Assembly (NCBI GenBank): GCA_012295275.1
Contig: CM022672.1
Location: forward strand, 33,604,001-33,668,000
Direction of reading: 5' to 3'
Source of the DNA: Chrysomallon squamiferum
Taxonomy: Eukaryota > Animalia > Mollusca
DNA length: 64,000 nt
The translations under genes and the position numbers were made by a program. Shown here one piece after another: positions 53,119 to 64,000 of the stretch; within the stretch, counting starts at the first letter, position 1; each line of letters begins with the position of its first letter. Below the pieces are notes generated by a model. That model did not search any database. It was not told the DNA's origin and saw only the letters and a list, made by a program, of their open reading frames with translations.

Positions 53119-53524
53119 TGATATTGTTATTGGAAAGCATTTTCTTTTTTATTTTGCTATGTTTTATTCTGGCTCTTACTCAAATGTGTTAGTAAGAAAA
53201 CACTTTTTAAATAAAGAAAATGTCAAGCAACAGACTGAAGTTAGACTGTTTTCCATAGTGTTTGGCTACACAGCTGATTTATATTATATCATTTTCCTTG
53301 TTGGTGAACAATGATTATTTCCAATATCATTATCAATAATAATTACAACAATAACAACAGCAATACAACAACAATAATGACAATACGTTTCATGTTTAAT
53401 AATATTTAAAGATTATCACAATCTTACATTCAGCTTTTCAGTGCACCCATTCAGCTCAGCCAGACATATGTTGTTACTTTGTTCTTCATACACTCAAACA
53501 TCATTTACACTTCATTTCACGTAC

Positions 53525-53650
53525 CTGCAGTGCTTTCACATGACATGGATTTTCCAGCTTAGCCAAGTCTTCTGACTTGTTACACTGCTGTTTTTCATAT
53601 AACACTTTCACCTCCCTAGCACCTGCATCCTCAGCATTCTGTATGATTTC
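53525..53650 (-). CDS. SACS: Sacsin-like gene copy 2, coding exon 2 (126 nt)
   Basis: EIIQNAEDAGAREVKVLY; AG/GT boundaries as in copy 1. Confidence 0.9.
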
Positions 53651-53850
53651 CTGTAACACATTAGCAATAACAGGTGTCATTGCAAAGCAAACAAAAAGCA
53701 GTAGAGTTAGTAACAGTAAAAGTATCATAGTGTAGAAGCGACAGCAGTGACTTGAAAGTTAGCTTTTACATTTTATTTTATTAATATTAAAGATCAGAAT
53801 TTAAAAATTTGGAACTGCTTTGAATTTATAATTTTATCATATAATACTAC

Positions 53851-53922
53851 CTTTAAAATCTGTCCTTTTGGATACTGATCCAGTACTGATTTCAGCTGCT
53901 TGATGAGACTAGGCTGTTTCAT
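53851..53922 (-). CDS. SACS: Sacsin-like gene copy 2, first coding exon (exon begins 53963, probable ATG 53922)
   Basis: MKQPSLIKQLKSVLDQYPKGQILK with donor AAG|GTAGTA. Confidence 0.8.
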
Positions 53923-54012
53923 GCAAGGCAGTCCTTCCTTTAGTTTGCTAGACCCAGAGGAAGCTGAAATTGTTCTCATTACTTAGAAAAGATAAGTCAT
54001 TTTAACATGAAC

Positions 54013-54176
54013 AGTATTAAGTAATAACCTTCAAAAGAACTTAAAATCTTAAAATAAAAAAATATGTGTGATTTTTTCACACAAAATTTGTTTTAAAAAT
54101 TAAGTAATTAATCAGAAATAATACAAATGAAATGAAGTGTGTGCTTATTATTCTATTTTTATTTTTATTACTTTTA

Positions 54177-54243
<67 letters not shown>

Positions 54244-54565
54244 AATTTTAAATTTAAATTAAAAGAAAATAATTTTCATGTTTAGTAAACTCGAATAGAT
54301 ATGCAAATGATAAATTAATGATGAACAGATCTGTATCAAAAAAGAAACAACTTAGTGGTGAAATTAATACAAGAAAAAAAGTTTGTTTTTTAAAAAGGGA
54401 AACAGAAATAAACAAATCCACATACCCATTTGATAGTATTAAGTAATAACTTTTAAAGTAACTTAAATTCTAAAAATAAAAGTATATGTGTAATTTTTTC
54501 AAACAAATTTAGTTTTAAAAATTAAGTAATCAGAAATAAAAATGAAATTAAAATTCAACTGTGTG

Positions 54566-54643
<78 letters not shown>

Positions 54644-54821
54644 TTAAATTTAAATTTAAAAGAAAAGAATTTTCATGTTTAGTAAACTCGAATGGATATG
54701 CAAATGATAAATTAATGATGAACAGATCTGTATCAAAAAAGAAAACTTATTGGTGAAATTAATACAAGAAAGTTTGTATTTAAAAAGGGAAACAAAAATA
54801 AACAAATCCACATACCCATTT
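54013..54821. repeat. Tandem duplication of about 400 bp in intron 1 of copy 2 (54013-54432 and 54436-54821)
   Basis: Both units start AGTATTAAGTAATAAC and end AAACAAATCCACATACCCATTTG. Confidence 0.85.
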
Positions 54822-54959
54822 GGCTGCCTTTATCATGCACACTCTCCTTATGTCATGATAAATGTTGCTGGTTCTGAAAAAAAAGACAGATAAAAAAATA
54901 AATGTTATGTAGGACTGAAAATCTATTGTCTTTACATCTATAATTATTAACAGATGGCG

Positions 54960-56370
54960 TATGTTCTCTGATCAAATTGAATTACTAGAAACAAATCAGC
55001 CTGGTTTTCGACAAGTTTATTCTATAACTGGGTACAGCGTACTTTATTAGAATTACTAAAAAGAACAAAAAAATATGTGCTATGTTTCTACTGATTTTGA
55101 AAAAGCTTTGATTCTGTTACTAAAATGGCATATTTTTTTTTTTATGGACAAAAATATGATATTAATGGGAAATGTTTGATAATAATATTTAATATGTTTG
55201 AAGGTATAAAATCAAGAATTGTACATAAAGCTGTAAATCTGAATATTTTACAGTAAGACAACAGAAAAATTCAACAGATTTATTATTTATTCAAATGATT
55301 TAGTAAATCGTTTAGCCACAGAAAACTGTAAAGGTATTCAATACAATATCAGATTTTCTTGCTAAAAATATTAATGTATGTCTGTAATATTTTTTTAGAG
55401 AGATATAGATATACTTGTGTGTTTTTGTGTTTGTGTTTGTGTGGGTGTATCTCATGTATAGATAATAATATGGAAATCGAAATTTTTACTGAGGTTAAAT
55501 ACCTTGGATTTGTTTTAAGTAAATTTGGATCCTTCATAAATACTAAGAAAGGTTTAATGAACCGAACTTCAAATTTAGTGGATGGTGTATTAAGAAAAAT
55601 AAAAATAGAGAAAATTTAATATATCACTCGACTGTCAGTTAGATTTGTTTGACAAGATTGTAAAACCACTATTATTATATGGGTGTGAAATCTGGTGGTT
55701 TAGTAATTTATATGTAATTGAAATACTTCATCTCAAGTTTTACAATAGATATTATGTCTTAATAAGTCAACACTTAGCTTTATGGTTTATGCTGAATTAC
55801 GGAGATATCCATTGTCTAAAAGTGTTATAGTAACAATGCTTACATTTTCAACAAAGGTTGTCAACTGTAAAGAGTATAAAATGTCTCATCTTGTTATCAT
55901 TTAACCAGAGTTTAAATCCTGTATCACATCCTTGGTTATTTTGTATAAAAACTACACTAGATGAATGTGGTTTATATAACATATATTCATGTCTTGAAGT
56001 GAACGTCTTGTGGATACAATATGCTGTTAAAAGAAATTTATGTTATCAAACATGGCACATAGATAGGTATTAATTACAATGTGCTTAAAGATGAATTTAA
56101 TTTAGAGCATTATCTGGTCAAGCTGCCAACAGAAAATGTTAGAACATTATGTAAGTCTAAAACAAGTAATGTGGAGCTTCCTACAGAAACTTGTAGATGA
56201 ATACTGAAAGAGATGACAAAATGTGTCATTTATGTCATTCTGATTTTGGTGATGAGTTCCACTTAGACCAAATGCAATGACATTTCAACATCTGTTTTCT
56301 ACGAAACAAAAATCTCTTTTGTATAAACTTCCCAATTTTTAGAAATGGTCACTAAAGTCTGTCTTCCTGA
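54960..56370 (+). mobile_element. Decayed LINE ORF2 fragment in intron 1 of sacsin copy 2
   Basis: NQPGFRQ, DFEKA, EVKYLG, FDKIVKPLLLYGCEIW and CHLCHSDFGDEFH remnants. Same position as, and longer than, the 6910-7935 copy. Confidence 0.75.
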
Positions 56371-57996
56371 TTAAATAATAATTAATACTGAAAATACTGT
56401 TCAAATTTATTTTTTATATATGTTCTCTCAATACTGCACGTTGCAGTCCTTAGAGAATTAAACTTCTTGTCTGGTATATAACTAAAAACTTATACTAATA
56501 TTAATTACATCTTTACATAGGTACACAGAGTCCTGGATACAAACTCATTTCAGTGATGCTTACTCTACATACATAAATATAATTTTAGAAGAACAAAAAG
56601 AAGGCAACATACAATATTTACAATCTTGTAAATAGTCAGAATATATATTTTCAAAAGAAAAGAAATATATCTGTTTTAGAAACGAGAACATTCATGTGAA
56701 TATACAGTTGAATAAAGGCACAGAAGATGTGAATCTCATGTTCCTGCAACAGTGTTTATCAAAGGTGTTTGTTCTACACAACAGAAAATATCATATTCTT
56801 TATTACAATTTTTATTTTACAATTGAATGTAACAAGATTTCCCATAGTAATAATATACAGAGATACTCAAAAGTGATATTCTTTTTCAGAAATACAAGGT
56901 TGACTGCTACATATGTTTTACCCAGAAAAAAATTCAAAGCTGTTAGAGAATAGTTCCAAAATTGTGTCTGACAAAATTTATTTCATAATGTGTCAATACT
57001 ATGTGTTCCAAATATTCCTAATGTTTTTTTTCTAACTGTGCAAAGTATATTTCCAATGATATGTGAAACCAAAGTTGGCAAAATCATTCATCTGCACTAA
57101 AGAAAATAATATAATATAAAAAAAAAATTTGTAAATTCATAACTTCACAACTTCACTTCTACTTGTACTACCAACATAGTTTTTAATGCCAAACCGATCA
57201 GATTCAAAAGATCCATATGATGAAATACATTCAGAAGTGAGAAATTAGGAAATATGAAATGTTATTTTTCCTTTAACAAGTTATAGGTCTCTTCAGCATC
57301 AAGGTACAATCTTTGTGCTAATAAAGTCTATATAATAATAAAAATCAATTCTTGAATAACCTTTACTCCGGAAAGCGGGTCTCAAAGCACTTAACAATGA
57401 GATTATATTAAAAACAAGTTGACAAAAACTGAATCGATAGATAATTACAGTGTAATAGTATTTACAAAAGTTACATGTAAAACAAGCAGAAGGTGATTTT
57501 CACTTGGATTAGATGTAAGAAGTTACTTTTGAATAATTTCCGAGAACCTGCTTGAATGTGTACATTTTATGATGACAGTGTAAAACCAAAGAGACAGTTA
57601 TAGCAAGGGAAATATTAAGCTTGTTACATTTAAAACATGTTACATACATAATTAATAATAAAATAGGTCATTCTCTTATTCAGTCTTCATCTCCAAGGCA
57701 TTGCCACATCAGCAATAGGATAAAATAAAAAGCTAAATACTACTCAGTAAGTAATCAAAAATAAGGTGGCTATTTCTACTTCATAGCAATGGTTGACATA
57801 CTAAAGTCATGTGACCAAATATTTTGTTTTGTTTTTTGAGAATATATTTCTCTAATACAACAAAATGTCAGTTACAAATCAGTTAAACTAGTTTTTACAT
57901 AGAATGTCATTAATCTAAATAGATATCATTTGACATTATTGCTCACCCGTTATTTTTATAATTTAGGAAGTACATATTGTTCTGCTAATTACATAT

Positions 57997-58900
57997 TTCA
58001 AACCAAAAAGAAAAAGTATGTCCTAATAAAATATTTAAATAAACATTATTTTGTCTGTTGGTGAAGAAAGTCACTGGTCCTTGTATAACAATTTGAACGT
58101 CGTGTTCTGAAAAGGTTTAAGTTGTTTGTTTGTGACTGGTAGCTATGGCAGGTCTACATCGTTCACCTCACTTGAATGCAGGACACAGATACGTATTTTC
58201 AGTGCGATGATTTATAGCTAAAGCAACGTTAGCTACGTTAACCTTCATAAAATTGTTCAATTATGTTTCCCTCTATATTTTCCAGTATCTAAAGACTGTT
58301 GATGAATTATATGTTTTTCTAATTTTTTAAAGTATTATATTTTTACATTTTGTCATAAAAGCATACACATGCAAACAATGACATTGTACATAAATATTTT
58401 TTTCTTACTATTATTATTTGCACTGTAATTATTTTTGCCTGGTCTTACCTTACTGTTAATCAATATCCAATGAATTTCACCTTTCCATACATTTCCACGC
58501 TCCCGTCATTTTGTTTCTCTCAGTGTAAACGTTGTTAGAGGTGTCTGCTGTAGATTTGATATGAAATCAATAGGAATAGGAAAAAAATTAACATGCTGAC
58601 ACGTCAGCGGGCGTGTCCGTCGCAATGAAATCAAGCAGTTTATTGCCTTTTATGGATAAGCGTGGTTAATGTTTTCCAAGAAAAGAGAAAGCTTCTCTGT
58701 CACGTACTTTTCGTGGAAAAGGAAAGTAGACACTGATTGGTTGGAGAATTCATGGCAGATTGCGTTAATAAAGGGACGAGAACTGTGTAGGTAAATTATT
58801 GATTAGGCTCGATATCAGTGGCGTCCTTTGGTACTCGCCCTGTTCCCAAATGTGTCATTAAATTCACGAAAAAAATATTAAAAATAAATTTCAAAAATAT

Positions 58901-58935
<35 letters not shown>

Positions 58936-59604
58936 TTGTAGAATGAGCGTTTTGGCGCAAAATAAATCCGAGCTGTAGCATAGCGTTTCAGAGAGAGGAG
59001 GACGCGACTAAATTTGGTCTAATAATAACAACTTTTTGTGTGTAATACAGATACACAGGCACTGTAAGCAAAGTTGATTTTATCGCTATATATTTCCTTT
59101 CTTATAAACTCAGTTAAAATGAATTGTCGTACTGTATTTGGAGCGCCACAAATAATCTAAATTAAAATTGTGTCTGCGCATTTGTAACTATGACGTCGAA
59201 CTCACGTTAATGAGTCAACATAAAAAAATAAATAAACAAATATAAAAATCCAGTGCACTGTCAAATGTGACCCGATTTGTCATGTGTCAAATTATAAATA
59301 CAACCGCATAGAGACTGTTAAACGTAATGCCGAGAAGGAATGACAGATGTTTTTTTTTTTTTTTTTTTTATGTCAGTGGCTCTTTCTGGTTTTGAATTTT
59401 TTAAAACACATGCACTATTTGAAGCTGGGTATTATTCTATGTTTAGTTTCAAACTCTCAAAATAAATTAGTTTTCGTTTTGTTTCCACCAGCCGAATACA
59501 ATGGGGTTTTTTTTGTTTTGTTTTTTTTGTAGTTCTTTATTGTTGTCAAGACGTTTTGTTTATCTGTGTCTGAATTATACCTTTTATGTGTGCGCTCTAC
59601 TGTT
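57997..59604. repeat. Module C: promoter/first exon of sacsin copy 2 (donor 58449; CATAAAAG 58647-58654; GAS 58674-58682 and 58710-58718; ISRE-like GAAAAGGAAAGT 58716-58727; CCAAT about 58736-58740)
   Basis: First unit of a recent tandem duplication of about 1.6 kb; homologous to module A. Confidence 0.85.
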
Positions 59605-60472
59605 TCAAACTTAAAAGAAAAGTATGTTCTAATAAAATATTTAAATAAACATTATTTTGTTTGTTGGTGAAGAAAGTCACTGGTCCTTGTATAACAATTT
59701 GAACGTCGTGTTCTGAAAAGGTTTAAGTTGTTTGTTTGTGACTGGTAGCTATGGCAGGTCTACTTCGTTCACCTCACTTGAATGCAGGACACAGATACGT
59801 ATTTTCAGTGCGATGATTTATAGCTAAAGCAACGTTAGCTACGTTAACCTTCATAAAATTGTTCAATTATGTTTCCCTCTATATTTTCCAGTATCTAAAG
59901 ACTGTTGAAGAATTATATGTTTCTTTAATTTTTTAACCGTATTATATTTTTACATTTTATCATAAAAGCATACACATGCAAACAATGACATTGTACATAA
60001 ATATTTTTTTCTTACTATTATTATTTGCAGTGTAATTTCATTGTATTTATTTATTAACTACAAATAAATTATTTTTGCCTGGTCTTACCTTACTGTTAAT
60101 CAATATCCAATGAATTTCACCTTTCCATACATTTCCACGCTCCCATCATTTTGTTTCTCTCAGTGTAAACGTTGTTTGAGGTGTCTGCTGTAGATTTGAT
60201 ATGAAATCAAGCAGTTTATTGCCTTTTATGGATAAGCGTGGTTAATGTTTTCCAAGAAAAGAGAAAGCTTCTCTGTCACGTACTTTTCGTGGAAAAGGAA
60301 AGTAGACACTGATTGGTTGGAGAATTCATGGCAGATTGCGTTAATAAAGGGACGAGAACTGTGTAGGTAAATTATTGATTAGGCTCGATATCAGTGGCGT
60401 CCTTTGGTACTCGCCCTGTTCCCAAATGTGTCATTAAATTCACGAAAAAAATATTAAAAATAAATTTCAAAA

Positions 60473-60504
<32 letters not shown>

Positions 60505-61162
60505 CTTGTAGAATGAGCGTTTTGGCGCAAAATAAATCCGAGCTGTAGCGTAGCGTTTTAGAGAGAGGAGGACGCTACTAAATTTGGTCTAATAATAACA
60601 ACTTTTTGTTTGTAATACAGATACACAGGCACTGTAAGCAAAGTTAATTTTATCTCTATATATTTCCTTTCTTATAAACTCAGTTAAAATGAATTGTCGT
60701 ACTGTATTTGGAGCGCCACAAATAATCTAAATTAAAATTGTGTCTGCGCATTTGTAACTATGACTTCGAACTCACGTTAATGAGTCAACATAAAAAAATA
60801 AATAAAAAAATATGAAAATCCAGTGCACTGTCAAATGTGACCCGATTTGTCATGTGTCAAATTATAAATACAACCGCATAGAGACTGTTAAACGTAATGC
60901 CGAGAAGGAATGACAGATGTTTTTTTTTATTTTTTTTTTTATGTCAGTGGCTCTTTCTGGTTTTGAATTTTTTTAAACACATGCACTATTTGAAGCTGGG
61001 TATTATTCTATGTTTAGTTTCAAACTCTCAAAATAAATTAGTTTTCGTTTTGTTTCCACCAGCCGAATACAATGGGTTTTTTTTGTTTGTTTTTTTTGTA
61101 GTTCTTCGTTGTTTTGTTTATCTGTGTCTGAATTACACCTTTTATGTGTGCGCTCTACTGTT
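59605..61162. repeat. Module D: tandem duplicate of C (donor 60089; GAS 60250-60258 and 60286-60294)
   Basis: Near-identical to 57997-59604 apart from a few indels. Confidence 0.9.
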
Positions 61163-61848
61163 GTTTGTTAAAGCCTGAGTCGCAGACGACGATTACGTAA
61201 TACACAGCTTCACATGTATTCACAAATCCACCAGCTCACCGTATAATTTATTATTTTTTATTTCACTCATCATCTTTTTTTCCAATTTCACACACACACG
61301 CGCACACACACACACACGTTTCACTCTTCACAGGAGTGTACTTCTTAGAAGCGTGCAGGACACAATAAATTAAGAATTTATGAAGAAACAAACAAAAACA
61401 AACTTTAAAATTTCGTGTTGTATTCACATAGCAGGTAGTTTATTTAAATTATTGTTTAAAAATCATTTGATTTACTAAACTGTACAAAACATTTCAGCTA
61501 ACATTAATATTTTTGCCTCTGAATAAAATACAATTAAAAAAAATAAAAAGATTAATAATAAACAAAACAAAAATATAAATAATAGTTCACAATTTGCATA
61601 TTTTATTGTTTTAAACATCTCTGAAAAATAATGACAGTATTTTGCATAATGTTCAAAGGAAAATATAGATCATTTTAGTATGACATTTAGTAGGTTGTTA
61701 ATATAACTGAAAATCTGTATTACTTTATCAAACAATTTATAGTTTTTGTTTTCATTTTGTTTCAAAAAGTTTTCCAACATACCTATATAGAGAGAGGAGA
61801 TAGAGTGAGAGAATAATAAATACTTATAATAAAAACTACAACAACAAC

Positions 61849-61891
<43 letters not shown>

Positions 61892-62608
61892 TAAAAATAT
61901 AATGAAGATAATAATAATAATCATCATAAGGTTCCATTTAAATAAATTACTGCGTCCTTGTTTTGTTTCTATTTTGTAAGAATAAATAATTTGTTTTTAT
62001 TTTTAACAACCTCACATTAAAAAACTGTTATGTGTATTTCCACTGCTGTACAGGTAACAGTATGTACATTTGTTAAAGCTGAGTTATTATTTTTACACTA
62101 TTTAACATACAAAATAAACATCTGTATAATTTTAAAACAGATTATTCAGAAATTACTAACAAAGAATGCTGTTAGATAGTCTACCAAAATATATTTATGT
62201 ATTTATTTTTATTTATTTATTTACTTTTTATTTTATTTTTTACTTATTTATTTATTATTATTATTTTTTTTTTTTTTTTTTTTTTTTTTGGTTAATATTT
62301 AGTATTAAATAATCACTACGTTATTCAAATAGTTTTATACATCAATTATGGGTTTGATTTTTTTGTTATTTTAAGCTTTTTATTTTTATTTGTTTCTTTG
62401 TTTTAACCTAAGGGAAGATGAAACAAATTTGTATCAGATCTGATTAAAAAAAAAATAAAGAAAAAAAAAAAAGAAAACATTAATAAAGAAAAAAAAAAAA
62501 AAAAATAAATAAAGAAAATTTTATTAAAAAAACAATAAAAAAAAAAAAAAAAAATAATAAAAATAATAATAAATATGAAATAACATTTTTAAAAACAGTT
62601 TAAAACAC

Positions 62609-62749
62609 TGTCAGGCAGAAAAGATTTTTTGTTTTGCTTTTTTTGTCAAAATTTGTGCAAGCTCTAATGCAAATGAGGTAACTGCTTAGTTTTGACAGAA
62701 GTTAAAGCAACTTAGCAAATGTATAATTATTTTTACAATCTGCCTGACA
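62609..62749. other. Imperfect fold-back element (MITE-like or RNA hairpin)
   Basis: Nested inverted repeats TGTCAGGCAGA/TCTGCCTGACA, TTGCTTT/AAAGCAA and TTTTGTCAAAATT/AGTTTTGACAGAA. Confidence 0.55.
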
Positions 62750-64000
62750 TATTTGGAATATTGCACATCAAATTATTAAACACAGAAGTCTTGAACTATT
62801 AATTAATTTTGCCTTAAAAAGGAAAGGAACTTTGATGCTAAAAACATTTGTTTGAAAGAAACTTTGCTTAAGTAGCTATAAACTGAAATCTTTTGCGTCA
62901 ATGGTAACACTGATTTATGTAATTTGATAGTAATTAGATAAGAATTCAGTAATTTAGTTATTATCTTGAGCAACAGAAATAATAATTTTAAAAGAAAAAA
63001 AAAAAGGAAAGCCCACTGTTCTCCCAACAAATATTTAAAATATTTAAAAATAAAAAAGCAGTGAACATTACCTTTTCAATTAATAAAATTAATATTAAAA
63101 AAAAGAAAAAGAAAATATGAAACATCATCAAATTTAAAAACCATTAAATTAAATAAATAAAATCTATTTAGATATCCATCTCTTTGTAATTCAAAACTAA
63201 TTAAAACTAGTTTTAAAATACGAAATACATAAAACAGTAACAACGTTTTTGTAACAAATAAAATAAAATTAAAAAAAAAAAGAAAATTAAAAAATGTTTA
63301 AAAGGAGAATTCTAAGACAACGGAATGCAAATCAATGGTGACTAAAGTATAAAAATAAAATTATTGTTAATGAAGACATGAGACAAAATTAATAGAGACA
63401 TCTAAAAGCAGTGATAAAGAAAGTAATAACAACAGTTTGGTTAAGTTTCTTTTTTGTTACTTGTTTAAAAAATTAGATTTTATTAAGTATTAACTTTTTA
63501 TCTAATATGTGTGGAGATATTAAAATATATCTTTTTAAGTAAACATGCATGTGCAAATTTTGGGTATCTGTGTTGTAAGCATGCGTGCATGCACATATGG
63601 TTGTGTGCGTGCATGCACGTATGTTTGTGTGTGTGTGCATGAAAGGAACTTTGATGCTTAAGTTTAAAAAAAGAAGAGATTTTGTTTACTCTGAAAGAAG
63701 GAAGACTAAGTTAAGTATGTATGAAAAATGGTTATAAAAAAGTTAATTCTTAAAAGTTAAAAAAAAAATAATAATAATGATAATAAACATACTTCTAATT
63801 CAATGGTCCACAATACATGAGGTTAATATACAACACAGAAAAAAAGTAATAATAATAAAATAAAATAGTAAAGGAGTGGTCTCCCTTGATTAGACTCTTT
63901 TTAAAACTAAAAAAAAAAAGTAAAAAAAAAAAAGTTAAAATAAAAGTATGTATTTACGTCCTGATTCTGGTCATTAGCACTAACAAGCTGGCCATATGAA

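Noticed and set aside
62674-62696. let-7-like miRNA (TGAGGTA)
   Set aside because: Only the first 7 nt match and they start in the hairpin loop.

Overview
Eukaryotic, AT-rich, microsatellite-saturated animal DNA (mollusc-like by general appearance; species not determinable) with a 200-N scaffold gap at 42554-42753. It contains two minus-strand, intron-containing sacsin-like paralogues with identical exon structure. Copy 1 starts at ATG 5861 and runs off the window at base 1. Copy 2 starts at ATG 53922, carries three GHKL/HSP90-like sacsin repeats and two frameshifts, and is cut by the gap. Each paralogue is preceded by a duplicated promoter plus non-coding first-exon module (four copies in all) with a TATA-like box, an Inr-like site, a CCAAT box and paired STAT-type TTCnnnGAA sites next to IRF-like GAAA repeats. 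A three-exon, 113-aa secreted beta-microseminoprotein (MSMB/PSP94)-family gene that the ORF track misses (13319-15790, +) lies head-to-head with sacsin copy 1. The rest comprises a 4-kb 16/18-bp satellite, Tigger, Tc2 and Tc1 DNA transposon relics, LINE relics, a tRNA-derived SINE-like head, local duplications and inversions, and many simple repeats. All identity values are by-eye estimates and all family assignments come from motif recognition, not database searches.
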